Positions 44,845-54,764 of a DNA stretch of 64,000 bases are shown one piece after another. Location of the stretch: positions 124,001-188,000 of IMG/VR virus record IMGVR_UViG_3300032323_001214; one strand, 5' to 3'. Position 1 is the stretch's first letter. The number at the start of each line of letters is the position of its first letter. The position numbers were made by a program, and so were the translations under genes. Under the pieces are notes generated by a model. The model made no database searches, was not told where the DNA came from, and saw nothing but the letters and a program-made list of their open reading frames with translations.

Positions 44845-45116
44845 GTAAAATACCTAAAGATTTTCAAGATTACGATGACGATGATCCTAATATAGAACAA
44901 CGTAAAAAACGATGGGACTATTGGGCGGCATTAAAACTTGTGCGTAGAGAATATCAGGAACAAAACAAATATACAGATTTTGATGCATATGATTTTGAAG
45001 ATTACCTTGAAGGTAAGTACGGTGTAAAGATGAATATAGTCAATGGTAACATAACAGATGGTTATCAGATAGTAGACGAGAAGAAATACCTAATATTTTT
45101 ATTAAAATTCCAATGA
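44841..45116 (+). CDS. Small FxL(K/R)W-family protein
   Basis: Ends IVDEKKYLIFLLKFQ. Confidence 0.75.
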   Translation: MSKIPKDFQDYDDDDPNIEQRKKRWDYWAALKLVRREYQEQNKYTDFDAYDFEDYLEGKYGVKMNIVNGNITDGYQIVDEKKYLIFLLKFQ

Positions 45117-45463
45117 ACAATTCACCCTTTGAATTATACACAACTGATTTTGGCAATCATGTGGTACACTGGCCTACATTTAAAAACATCAGAGATGTAG
45201 ATACTAGAATAAAATTCCTAGACATTTTGTTTGGAGAAGTAAAATGTTTTGAAGTAGGATTAGGTCTGTTGTTACAAGGCGGTGATCTTGACACATTGTG
45301 GATTAAATTTAGTGCTTGGGCACAAGATACTAATCATAGTTATAGTGAATACTTACAGGACATGTATGAGATTCGTGCTGTTGTGTTCCGAGACAAGACT
45401 GAAGCAATAAAGTTTCAAGACATACTAGAAAAGAAATACATATGGAAAATGTTAAAGGCATAA
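45113..45463 (+). CDS. Hypothetical protein
   Basis: ATGA-coupled; VVFRDKTEAIKF resembles the array motif. Confidence 0.7.
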   Translation: MNNSPFELYTTDFGNHVVHWPTFKNIRDVDTRIKFLDILFGEVKCFEVGLGLLLQGGDLDTLWIKFSAWAQDTNHSYSEYLQDMYEIRAVVFRDKTEAIKFQDILEKKYIWKMLKA

Positions 45464-45464
45464 T

Positions 45465-46028
45465 ATGGCAAATGATATAATGGTTGACATTGAAAGTTTA
45501 GATACAACACCTAACTGTGTTATCTTAACTATCGGTGCAGTAAGATTCGATCCTAAAGGTAGTGGTGTAGTTGAACGACTAGAATTACGACCTACTGTTG
45601 AGGATCAAACAGAGATTTACAATAGAAGCATCAACGAAGATACATTGCGTTGGTGGAGTGAGCAGAGTCCTGAGGCACTTGAAGAAGCTATGGGAGACAA
45701 TGGACGTATGCCATTTAAAGAATGTATGGAGATATTGTATAAGTTTTGTTGGAACCGTCGTGCTGTTTGGAGCAACGGTGCATCATTCGATTGTGTAGTG
45801 ATGGAACATGCTTGGAGACAAACAAGTGACAAGCCCAATCCTATTCCCTGGCCTTTCTGGACAGTTAGAGATACACGAACATTATATGAAATAACGGGTG
45901 TAAGTCTCAAAGATGGTGGGCATAGTACAAGTCACAAAGCAGTAGAAGATGCCGAACGACAAGCAATTGTTGTACAAAAAGCGTATACTAAACTAATTAA
46001 AGCAGAATTGGTAGCACTCCCAAGATGA
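45465..46028 (+). CDS. DEDDh 3'-5' exonuclease (Rv2179c-like)
   Basis: IMVDIESL, ILTIGAV.F, VWSNGASFD, RDTRT, HKAVEDA. Confidence 0.88.
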   Translation: MANDIMVDIESLDTTPNCVILTIGAVRFDPKGSGVVERLELRPTVEDQTEIYNRSINEDTLRWWSEQSPEALEEAMGDNGRMPFKECMEILYKFCWNRRAVWSNGASFDCVVMEHAWRQTSDKPNPIPWPFWTVRDTRTLYEITGVSLKDGGHSTSHKAVEDAERQAIVVQKAYTKLIKAELVALPR

Positions 46029-46609
46029 GAATAGATTCAGATATTGATATTGACTTTGGATCAAGGGATGACTTATTAAAGTTGATACCGCATACAGCAG
46101 CGGCAATGCGTAATGTTACTCCAAATCGTAAACATGCTACTGGTGTGTATGTTACCGATATACCATACGATCCAATCAATGATATGGCAAGTATTGATTA
46201 CACTGAAGCAGATAAACGAGGATACTTTAAACTTGACTTGTTAAATGTACATGTTTACAGTCAAGTACGTGATGAAATGCACTTAATCGAATTGATGGGA
46301 GATCCAGATTGGTCGCGCCTTAAAGATAAAAACTTTGTAGAGAAACTGATTCACTTGAACAATCAATATTATAATCTACAAAAGATGCCAGAACCGGTGG
46401 ACAGTATCCCAAGATTAGCTATGTTCTTAGCTGTTATAAGACCGGGCAAGAAGCATCTGATAGGAAAAAACTGGGTTGAAGTTGCAAAAACTGTATGGGA
46501 TAAAGGTACAGATGGGTATACATTCAAAAAAAGTCATAGTCTTGCCTACAGTCAATTAGTAGTAGTTCACATGAATTTATTATGTGAGCAGGAACGTAAA
46601 GGTATATGA
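46025..46609 (+). CDS. Minimal DnaE (Pol III alpha)-like catalytic core
   Basis: DIDIDF, KHATGVYV, GYFKLDLL, LAVIRPG, GYTFKKSHSLAY. Confidence 0.85.
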   Translation: MRIDSDIDIDFGSRDDLLKLIPHTAAAMRNVTPNRKHATGVYVTDIPYDPINDMASIDYTEADKRGYFKLDLLNVHVYSQVRDEMHLIELMGDPDWSRLKDKNFVEKLIHLNNQYYNLQKMPEPVDSIPRLAMFLAVIRPGKKHLIGKNWVEVAKTVWDKGTDGYTFKKSHSLAYSQLVVVHMNLLCEQERKGI

Positions 46610-46990
46610 TTACAAGAGGCGTTTAACTAACGTGATACTACGGCGTTTAGATCGCCTTTTGTTAAGATCGCTTATACTGCACGTGGGCCCGTGTAGTATA
46701 GTTAAACTTTTGTTATTGAATGTTCTTAAATAAGGCTTGAAAATAGTCCATTCATCCTTGAGGAATAGATTGATAGGAATTAGTCTATTAGATTCCCACC
46801 ACCATATATCACCCAATTCTAAGAATTTTTCTCTAACAATAGTATCTACAATAGAACCATAGTCGTATATAGTGGTGACAATATCATCTCTATTCTGTAC
46901 TATTCCAACATAGTCTTGGTTGGCGTATGAACAGATAGTGATAAACGGGTGATTTTCGCTTAGTTTCTTGAAAAAATCGTTTTGAATCAT
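46610..46990 (-). CDS. Hypothetical protein, opposite strand
   Basis: ATG at 46990 lies 8 nt after a minus-strand GTAAATA; divergent from the 47057 gene. Confidence 0.75.
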   Translation of the reverse strand: MIQNDFFKKLSENHPFITICSYANQDYVGIVQNRDDIVTTIYDYGSIVDTIVREKFLELGDIWWWESNRLIPINLFLKDEWTIFKPYLRTFNNKSLTILHGPTCSISDLNKRRSKRRSITLVKRLL

Positions 46991-47056
46991 TATTGTTGTA
47001 TTTACCGAAATATTTATCATAGGATTAAACAGTATTATATTTTGATAAATATGACT

Positions 47057-47830
47057 ATGTATTCAACTCAAGTTTTCGTCTATACACAGCGACAGATCGT
47101 TGTACTTTTAACCGGATTTTCACCTAGGAGCTATATGCCTCAGTATGCCAAGCCATTAACTCTACACAAGGGTGTAGACAATCAAATTCAATTTCAGTTC
47201 TTAAATCAGGAACAAAAACCTGTCAATATTACAGGTAAATCTATTACATGCCGTATCATCAATTCGCAAGGTAATGCAACACTTATTCAAAAGGCTTTAA
47301 CTTTGCAATTGCCGGCTACTGGTATTGCTAGTTTATACCTAAATGCTGCTGATATTGAAAATATTGACACACAAAAAGCATACTATTCACTGGAGATTCC
47401 TACAGGAGAATTTGACTTCCCCGTGTTTGTAGACCAAAATGCAGGAGCACGTGGTGATATGAATATTGTCAACAGCGTTCTACCTAGTTTTGTTCCTAGT
47501 TATCCTGTTACTATTCCAACTGGCCAACCTTTCCCTAATTTAGATCCTAACGCCAATTCAAGTAGCAATTCTCAAACTTATTATACCAGTGTGATTTCAT
47601 CGGATGACAATCCTATCATGACTTTCCAAGCAACATATACAGATTATTATGGGAATGTTTTAGTAGAAGGTTCTACAATACCCGATGGTGACTGGTATCC
47701 AATTCTAGCGGATACTGGGTATAGCAATGTCAATGATACTAAAGGGTATGTTATTAACGGATATCACCCATATGTCCGAATTCAATTTGAAAGTAACGTC
47801 GGTGCAGTAACTAATGTATTGGTAAGATAA
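47057..47830 (+). CDS. Virion structural protein (Ig/BppU-N-like beta domains)
   Basis: Late promoter 5 nt upstream; L.LHKGVDNQIQFQFLNQEQKPVNIT; beta-rich. Confidence 0.55.
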   Translation: MYSTQVFVYTQRQIVVLLTGFSPRSYMPQYAKPLTLHKGVDNQIQFQFLNQEQKPVNITGKSITCRIINSQGNATLIQKALTLQLPATGIASLYLNAADIENIDTQKAYYSLEIPTGEFDFPVFVDQNAGARGDMNIVNSVLPSFVPSYPVTIPTGQPFPNLDPNANSSSNSQTYYTSVISSDDNPIMTFQATYTDYYGNVLVEGSTIPDGDWYPILADTGYSNVNDTKGYVINGYHPYVRIQFESNVGAVTNVLVR

Positions 47831-47834
47831 TCTC

Positions 47835-47863
47835 TTGATTATCTGTATCAACTATGTTATACT
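47835..47863 (+). promoter_or_regulatory. sigma70 promoter, leaderless primase start
   Basis: TTGATT-N17-TATACT; ATG 7 nt later. Confidence 0.65.
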
Positions 47864-47869
47864 GACTAG

Positions 47870-48850
47870 ATGTTTGATATTCTATCAATAATTCCCGGTA
47901 AGAAAAAACTCACACAAGGTGGATGGCACAGCTTCAATGCTGTATGCTGTAACCATCGTGGGCACAAGATCGACACCCGTAGTCGAGGTGGTGTGAAGTT
48001 TGACGGACAAACAAATTGGTCGTATCATTGTTTTAATTGTGGGTTCAAATGTGGGTTTAGTTTAGGTAAGAGTTTATCAAAGAACACACGACAATTACTA
48101 TTATGGTCTGGAGTTGATGATACGCAAATTAGTAAGTGGAGTTTAGAAAGTTTACAACAAAAAGATATACTAGACTTTACTAAGCCTAAAAAGAAAATTA
48201 AGATTAAGTTTGATGAACACAAGTTACCCGAAGATGCAGAACTACTTGATAAAAATAATACCTTACACAAAAAATATGTAGACTATCTGGAAGCGAGAGG
48301 TATAAGTAGTAGTGAATATCCCTTCATGGTCACACCCAACGAACCAAGTCGCATGGGAAATCGCATCATTATTCCCTATACGTACAAAAATAAGATTGTT
48401 GGTCACACTAGTAGATTCTTAGATAATAAGATTCCAAAATATATCAATGAACAACAGCCTGGTTATGTATTTGGATATGATTTTCAACAACCTCAACAAA
48501 GTGTTTGTATTCTAGTCGAGGGCATTTTTGATGCACTAAGTCTAGGCGCTTGTGCATTAACTCATAATACAATTAATGATGATCAAGCAGAACTACTAGC
48601 ACAACTTAACAGACAAATCATCTTTGTCCCCGACCGTGATAAAACAGGATTTGATTCTTGTGACAGGGCTATTCAACTAGGCTATAGTGTTAGCATTCCT
48701 AATTGGGGGAGTGATGTAAAAGACGTTAATGATGCCGTTGTCAAATATGGCAGACTACCTACACTACTCAGTATATTACGGTCTGCAACGATGAGCAAAA
48801 TTAAAATAGAAATACAAAGGAAGAAAATTGCAAAACAAAACGGATTCTAA
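47870..48850 (+). CDS. gp61: DNA primase (gp61-like)
   Basis: Zn-binding CC.H...HCFNC, RIIIPY, KY, TOPRIM VEGIFDAL, PDRD, KDVND. Confidence 0.92.
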   Translation: MFDILSIIPGKKKLTQGGWHSFNAVCCNHRGHKIDTRSRGGVKFDGQTNWSYHCFNCGFKCGFSLGKSLSKNTRQLLLWSGVDDTQISKWSLESLQQKDILDFTKPKKKIKIKFDEHKLPEDAELLDKNNTLHKKYVDYLEARGISSSEYPFMVTPNEPSRMGNRIIIPYTYKNKIVGHTSRFLDNKIPKYINEQQPGYVFGYDFQQPQQSVCILVEGIFDALSLGACALTHNTINDDQAELLAQLNRQIIFVPDRDKTGFDSCDRAIQLGYSVSIPNWGSDVKDVNDAVVKYGRLPTLLSILRSATMSKIKIEIQRKKIAKQNGF

Positions 48851-50288
48851 GAAGCAGATTGATTACACACCGGAAGTACAAAAGCTTTTTTTAAGAATGA
48901 TGATGACTAACGCTGAGTTATATACTCGGGTTATGAACATTATGAATAGCGAAAACTTTGACAAAAGCCTGCGCCCAGTTGCAGATATGTTCAAAGAACA
49001 CACAGACAAATACAAAGTATTACCTGATGTAAATCAAGTTAAAGCTATGACAGGTGTAGAGATAGAACCTATTCCTGAGATGAGCGAAGGTCACAGTGAA
49101 TGGTTCTTTGATGCATTTGAATCATTTACAAAAAGACAAGAACTAGAACGAGCTATTCTTAAAGCGGCTGACTTACTTGAGAAAGGTGACTTTAGTCCTG
49201 TTGAAAAACTAATCAAAGATGCAGTGCAGATTAGTCTACAGCGAGACATGGGTACCGATTATTTCTTTGACCCTAAAGGTCGTATTAACAAATACTTCAA
49301 TGCAGGCGGACAAGTCTCGACAGGCTGGCCGCAAATGGATCGTATCTTGTATGGTGGCATGAGTCGAGGTGAACTCAACATCTTTGCAGGTGGTTCGGGT
49401 TCAGGCAAATCTCTTGTTATGATGAACATTGCATTGAACTGGTTACAGACAGGTATGAGCGGTGTATACATCACACTTGAATTGAGTGAGGAGCTAACAT
49501 CACTGCGTACTGATGCTATGTTGACACAGATGGGCACGAAGTCAATTCGCAAAGACATTGATACTACCGATCTTAAAGTTAAGATGGTAGGTAAGAAGTC
49601 TGGTAAGTATCGTGTTAAAGGATTGCCCGCACAAAGTAATGTGAATGATATTCGTGCTTATCTTAAAGAAGTGCAGATTCAAACAGGTATTAAAATTGAC
49701 TTTGTTATGGTGGACTATCTTGATTTGGTTATGCCTGTTTCTGTTAAAGTTAATCCTAACGATCAGTTCATCAAGGACAAGTATGTTGCAGAAGAATTGC
49801 GTAACTTGGCAAAAGAGATGGGTATCTTATTAGTGACAGCAAGTCAGTTGAATCGTAGCGCGGTTGATGAAATTGAATTCGATCATAGTCACATTGCAGG
49901 TGGTATCAGTAAGATTAACACTGCTGACAACGTGTTTGGTATTTTCACAAGTCGTAGTATGCGTGAACGCGGTAAGTATCAGATTCAATGTATGAAAAGT
50001 CGCAGTTCAACTGGTGTAGGTATGAAGATTGATTTAGATTACGACATTGAAACAATGCGTATCAGTGACAGTGATCCTGATGGCTATGCTGACCAACAAG
50101 CAAAATACAGACCCTCCCCTAGCCCAACCGACATTATGAAACAAGTAAAAACACAATCAACATTAGTATCATCAGATCCTATCATAAATCAAGCTACAGG
50201 AGAGATATTAGAACCGGAAAACAAGCGTATTATAGCAGATGTTCAGAGTAATAAACTCAAATCTCTGCTTAATTCTTTAAAGAAATAA
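48828..50288 (+). CDS. gp41: Replicative DnaB-like helicase (gp41-like)
   Basis: STGW..MD, AGGSGSGKS, TLELSE, VDYLDL, TASQLNR, KSR. Confidence 0.94.
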   Translation: MQNKTDSKKQIDYTPEVQKLFLRMMMTNAELYTRVMNIMNSENFDKSLRPVADMFKEHTDKYKVLPDVNQVKAMTGVEIEPIPEMSEGHSEWFFDAFESFTKRQELERAILKAADLLEKGDFSPVEKLIKDAVQISLQRDMGTDYFFDPKGRINKYFNAGGQVSTGWPQMDRILYGGMSRGELNIFAGGSGSGKSLVMMNIALNWLQTGMSGVYITLELSEELTSLRTDAMLTQMGTKSIRKDIDTTDLKVKMVGKKSGKYRVKGLPAQSNVNDIRAYLKEVQIQTGIKIDFVMVDYLDLVMPVSVKVNPNDQFIKDKYVAEELRNLAKEMGILLVTASQLNRSAVDEIEFDHSHIAGGISKINTADNVFGIFTSRSMRERGKYQIQCMKSRSSTGVGMKIDLDYDIETMRISDSDPDGYADQQAKYRPSPSPTDIMKQVKTQSTLVSSDPIINQATGEILEPENKRIIADVQSNKLKSLLNSLKK

Positions 50289-50325
50289 TTATTGCTGTTA
50301 GAATAAATACTATTAGGATAATTAT

Positions 50326-50574
50326 ATGCAAAAACAAACTCGCAGCCTGTTACAGGAATTAGAGGCTATCGGTAATCACCGTGATACTAATCATATCATT
50401 GAAAGCCGAGGCCACAATATTATCACTAGTGCAATTAATCTATTAGAAATGATTAACCGTCACTATACGCCTGAACAAGCGGCAGTATTAGAGAGAAAAT
50501 TGCTACATGCTATCAAAAGCAAGGATCAAACTAAATTTGCCAAATCTTTAAGGAAAAATCGTGAAATTGAATGA
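50326..50574 (+). CDS. Hypothetical late protein
   Basis: ATAAATA at 50303 and AGGA Shine-Dalgarno. Confidence 0.75.
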   Translation: MQKQTRSLLQELEAIGNHRDTNHIIESRGHNIITSAINLLEMINRHYTPEQAAVLERKLLHAIKSKDQTKFAKSLRKNREIE

Positions 50575-52111
50575 ATTTAAACAAAAAACAAGTAACCGTA
50601 AATTAAATGAATCACAACTGTCTGAACTAGATATGAGTGACGTTATAGGTAATTACGGAGCAGCCGGCGTAAAAACGATAGCTGATAAGATCAATCCTTT
50701 TAGCAAAGGTTCTGGAAAGATCAGCGTTAAAGATAAAATGGCTAGTGAAATGTTCGTTAAAGATTTCATAGGTCGTGCAAGTGAAGATTTAGCTAGGGGA
50801 ATAAAAGCCGGTTTAGTAAATCCAAAGCCAGCAGTGGCAGCAGCTCCTGACTCAGAAAAGGTTGATCCTTATAAGCCGGCCGGTAAAACACCAGCTACAA
50901 CACCCACTGGATCAGACGATAGAATTGAACCTACAATGGACCCGGTAAAAGCAACTGCACCGACTGCTCCAACAGCGCCCGGCGCCACAGCACCTGGACC
51001 TGCATCATTAGCGGCAGCAGGCGCAAAGGCTCAAAAACAGACTAACCAAAACTTAAATGCTTATGTGCAAAATGCAGCCAAGACTTTAAATTCTGCAACA
51101 AGTCCGCAACAGAAAATGGCTCTAACTAAAGAGTTGGTTAATTTTATGGCTGACCGCAAATCTTATCCTGAATGGGATAACGCAGTAGCAACAGTACAAC
51201 AAGTCATCAAGCGTGGCGGTTTAAATCCTAACTTTGCTAATTCTGCTATGAATAGGGTTAAAGCTGGTCAGACTATGGCAGAATCATGGCAAATATATGC
51301 TATTAACAAATTACTTGAAGCAGTTAATATTTCTTGGGATGATTTGAATCTAGTAGCGTTGAACGAAAGTAAAAATTCTTGGAAAGTTGTTGATACAAAA
51401 TATCATAAACTAAACAATATATTTGAAAGCATATTAGAAGCAGACAATCAATACCCTGACACAATAAGTTCGTACTTGCAAAAAATGTTTAAGAAGTACA
51501 CAAAGGATATTGTGGTAGACCCTGCTGTCATCAATAGCGTTAAGCAAATTGCTGACCAAGCAGAACAAAATTATAACAGCATGAATCCAATGAAACGAGG
51601 TGCAAGACAAGAACTTGCAAAGCTTGGTAACATGGCGTATGCTCTATCTTACAGAGATAGTGAAGGCTATAAGCACGATAAATTTAGCGCAGCCGATGCA
51701 CAGTCTACACCGCAAACTGGTTCAGGTGAGACTTCTGGTTTAGATGCGCTAAGAGGCAGATCAAGTCCTGAAGCATCCTCAACTGCAGCCACAGCGGCAG
51801 CATCCGGTGAAGAAGGAATAGAACCGGCTACTAAGCAAATGGCTAACCTCATAAACAAAATGACTACCGCAGAGTCAGGCGATGATCTTTCACAGATTGT
51901 CAAGTTATCATTGCAGAAGTTATACAAAGTAGACAAAGCGGCATACAGTGCATTAATGAAGGAACTTAGAGGAAACACTAATGTTGCTAAAGCAGAAAAG
52001 CCGGCTACTTCATTCGTTCCACCTGCAGCACCCGCACCGGCTACTGCAAGTAGACCTGCAGTGACTGCTGAAAGCAAAATAAAAACATATAAAAAATGGG
52101 GACAGCCGTGA
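50561..52111 (+). CDS. Ala/Pro-rich putative head-internal protein
   Basis: Starts MKLNEF; many (L/M/T)xE motifs. Confidence 0.55.
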   Translation: MKLNEFKQKTSNRKLNESQLSELDMSDVIGNYGAAGVKTIADKINPFSKGSGKISVKDKMASEMFVKDFIGRASEDLARGIKAGLVNPKPAVAAAPDSEKVDPYKPAGKTPATTPTGSDDRIEPTMDPVKATAPTAPTAPGATAPGPASLAAAGAKAQKQTNQNLNAYVQNAAKTLNSATSPQQKMALTKELVNFMADRKSYPEWDNAVATVQQVIKRGGLNPNFANSAMNRVKAGQTMAESWQIYAINKLLEAVNISWDDLNLVALNESKNSWKVVDTKYHKLNNIFESILEADNQYPDTISSYLQKMFKKYTKDIVVDPAVINSVKQIADQAEQNYNSMNPMKRGARQELAKLGNMAYALSYRDSEGYKHDKFSAADAQSTPQTGSGETSGLDALRGRSSPEASSTAATAAASGEEGIEPATKQMANLINKMTTAESGDDLSQIVKLSLQKLYKVDKAAYSALMKELRGNTNVAKAEKPATSFVPPAAPAPATASRPAVTAESKIKTYKKWGQP

Positions 52112-53253
52112 ATTTATCTGAATCCCTAAGGCTGTTAAAAGATAAAATCAATCAAATAGAATTGGTTGAAGATAAAGGACATTTAGATCATCCTGAAGAT
52201 TTGATATTTTTGGGAGGATCACAGGGGGCTAATCGTGCTGTTCAATCTACTATTGCTACAGTTAAAAATCCAGCGACAGTTACAATCAAGTGGGATGGCT
52301 ATCCTGCACTGATTTTTGGTCGTGGAACCAACGGCAAGTTTACTATTATGGACAAGCATATGTTCAATAAGAAAGACCAAACTGGCCGTCAAGTATTCAG
52401 CCCTCAACAGTTTGTTCAGTATGACCAAGCACGTGGTGTGGACCGTTCAGGGTTATATCAGATTATAGCAGACATATGGCCAGGGCTTGAAAAAGCAGAT
52501 AATAGCAAGGGTTTTTATTGGGGCGACTTGTTGTTCACTCAACCACTACAAGACCAAAACGGTATGTACAAGTTCAAAGCTAACCCCAATGGTATTACTT
52601 ATACAGTTGAAGCCGATAGTGAAGTAGGACAATTATTTAAAGGCAAGCAAGCTGCTATTGTTGTTCACCAATTTATTCCTGCAACTGCTGCAACTACAGA
52701 TGAAGCAACACCATTAGATGGTGGTATAGGTGCTTTAAAGAACAATAGCAATGTAGCGATTGTTCCTGCAAAAATGCCCAACACTCCTAAACTAACAATA
52801 AACAATAAGTTAGTTAATAAAGCTAATAGTGATATTAAAAAATATGGAGCCGCTGTGGATCAATTGATGAACACCGCCCCTCAAGCCGCTAATGCATTTA
52901 AAGGACTGTTTACAGTTTATATCAATAAGAAGATTGTTGCAGGTGACTTGAATAATCTAGTAGACGGATTCATGGAATTTTTTAATAGCAGACCAATGAC
53001 TGATTCTATGAGAACTAAGTTAACACAACACTTAGAAGCTAATAAAGAAGGACTAGTTGGTGCATTCACTATCTGGGCTAGCTTATATCAGTTGAAAATG
53101 TCTGTTGTAGACCAGCTTAACAAAGCCGCAGAAGCAAGCCCTGTCAAAGGCTATTTACAAGACGGAACACAAACCCAAGAGGGTTTTGTCGCTAACGGAC
53201 TCAAATTTGTAGATAGAATGGGATTTAGTCGGCAGAATCTAGCCGGAAGATAA
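52108..53253 (+). CDS. Protein with ligase-superfamily-like KxDG motif
   Basis: GHLDHPED, TIKWDGYPALIFG, FYWGDLLF, late EGFV motif; GTGA overlap with the upstream gene. Confidence 0.55.
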   Translation: MNLSESLRLLKDKINQIELVEDKGHLDHPEDLIFLGGSQGANRAVQSTIATVKNPATVTIKWDGYPALIFGRGTNGKFTIMDKHMFNKKDQTGRQVFSPQQFVQYDQARGVDRSGLYQIIADIWPGLEKADNSKGFYWGDLLFTQPLQDQNGMYKFKANPNGITYTVEADSEVGQLFKGKQAAIVVHQFIPATAATTDEATPLDGGIGALKNNSNVAIVPAKMPNTPKLTINNKLVNKANSDIKKYGAAVDQLMNTAPQAANAFKGLFTVYINKKIVAGDLNNLVDGFMEFFNSRPMTDSMRTKLTQHLEANKEGLVGAFTIWASLYQLKMSVVDQLNKAAEASPVKGYLQDGTQTQEGFVANGLKFVDRMGFSRQNLAGR

Positions 53254-53335
53254 GCCCAAATCCTGGATTTTTTTGTACCAGGCATAAATAATACTATGAA
53301 TCAGTAGGATTCAAAATATTTAAAGGAATACTAAA

Positions 53336-53731
53336 ATGGCACAATTTACACGTGTAAACGGCGACTTTTTACCGTTGATCAACTATGATACAGATGCATA
53401 CACAAACTCTGGCGTTAACGCTATCACATCTGGCGCAACAGTACAACCAGCTGGTCCTAAGCTAGCTTTCGGAACTATCACATTCACTGGTGCAACTACA
53501 CCAAGTGGTGCTGACTTGCAAAAGACTTTCCAGATCATTCAGCAGTTAGCTACTATCATGACATATGAGTACACTGAAGTTGGTGACAACAGTGATACAT
53601 TAGCACTTGCTATCTATCCAGTTGGCGCATGGGACTTTACAAACGGTGGTGATCTTGATGCTGCATTGACAGCAGCTACAGGTCTAAACTATGCCGTAAC
53701 TACAGCAGCTACAGCTACATTCACAAACTAA
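53336..53731 (+). CDS. Small virion structural protein
   Basis: Late promoter at 53284, AAGGA Shine-Dalgarno, A/T/G-rich composition, terminator downstream. Confidence 0.65.
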   Translation: MAQFTRVNGDFLPLINYDTDAYTNSGVNAITSGATVQPAGPKLAFGTITFTGATTPSGADLQKTFQIIQQLATIMTYEYTEVGDNSDTLALAIYPVGAWDFTNGGDLDAALTAATGLNYAVTTAATATFTN

Positions 53732-53750
53732 TCTAATTAGTTTTGTAAAC

Positions 53751-53777
53751 AACCCGAGATTTATTCTCGGGTTTTTT
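53751..53777 (+). terminator. Intrinsic terminator
   Basis: AACCCGAGA-tttat-TCTCGGGTT plus T-run. Confidence 0.85.
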
Positions 53778-53796
53778 ACGGCTATTAAATAGCTGT

Positions 53797-54255
53797 ATGA
53801 GTTTTAAAATTTCTTGCTATACCCTATTTGACATCACTAATACCGGTGTGTTAAACCGTAGCAAACCTGATCCTGAAATAGAACTCAAAGAATGGTTACA
53901 AAAGAGAAATACTCAGTGTAACTTTGATACAATACTTCAAGCTATTTCGTTGCGTTCACAACCTGAAATTATTAATCTTCCTAATATAATGAAAATTAAA
54001 TTTGATGATACTCATGAGTTTGGATTTTTATTTGATCAAGAAGAGGTAACAGAATATAACTGTTGGACCTTTGACTTTGAGATACAACATCCTAGTGTTT
54101 TTGATAATGGTATTTCTGAACTAGGTGCATTATATGATGATTGTGACAGGGTACCCATGATAAAAGTAGGTACAGAATGGGAGAAACTTCCAGAGTTCCT
54201 AGATACGTCTGATGAATTGAAAAACATATATTTTAAGATTGCCCAACATGAATAA
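53797..54255 (+). CDS. Hypothetical late protein
   Basis: TTAAATA 5 nt before ATG. Confidence 0.75.
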   Translation: MSFKISCYTLFDITNTGVLNRSKPDPEIELKEWLQKRNTQCNFDTILQAISLRSQPEIINLPNIMKIKFDDTHEFGFLFDQEEVTEYNCWTFDFEIQHPSVFDNGISELGALYDDCDRVPMIKVGTEWEKLPEFLDTSDELKNIYFKIAQHE

Positions 54256-54721
54256 TCAGCGCAGAATAGAAAAGTTTATAAACCAAGAGATTTTGCATAA
54301 TTTGCAAGATATCGTTATATTCCAAGAGGATGATGGTAGCTACAAATTGTTCAATGCTTATACTATCTCCAAGAATTCACAAAAAGAATACATTGTAACC
54401 GGTAATACTACTATTACTCCCAGCAAGTTTTATGTATTGAAAAATGCAGTTTCTTGGTGTATATTTGATAAACGAAACAAAATGTACGAAGCCAGAAGAA
54501 TTGCAGAATTAGACAATAAATTGATTTCGGTAGACGTTGACATACATATACACCAATCTTTATACAAAAAAGCTAAAACACCTGATGACAAATTGATATA
54601 TCTAGCCAAATTAAATGAAGACAGGATTAGAAAAAAGAATGTGATAAAGGAACTAGAAGATTATGTATCTGAGTCAAATATTTGGCAAAGTAAAAGATTT
54701 AACAGAAAACCACAACAATAA
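54248..54721 (+). CDS. Hypothetical protein
   Basis: Overlapping ORF, 157 aa. Confidence 0.75.
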   Translation: MNNQRRIEKFINQEILHNLQDIVIFQEDDGSYKLFNAYTISKNSQKEYIVTGNTTITPSKFYVLKNAVSWCIFDKRNKMYEARRIAELDNKLISVDVDIHIHQSLYKKAKTPDDKLIYLAKLNEDRIRKKNVIKELEDYVSESNIWQSKRFNRKPQQ

Positions 54722-54764
54722 GCCATAAAAGATAAATACTTTATACTAGTCTTGGAATAACACT

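Noticed and set aside
27595-50288. Inteins or introns in terminase, UvsX, UvsW, primase or helicase
   Set aside because: Lengths and motif spacing are ordinary; no insertion or splice-junction residues were seen.
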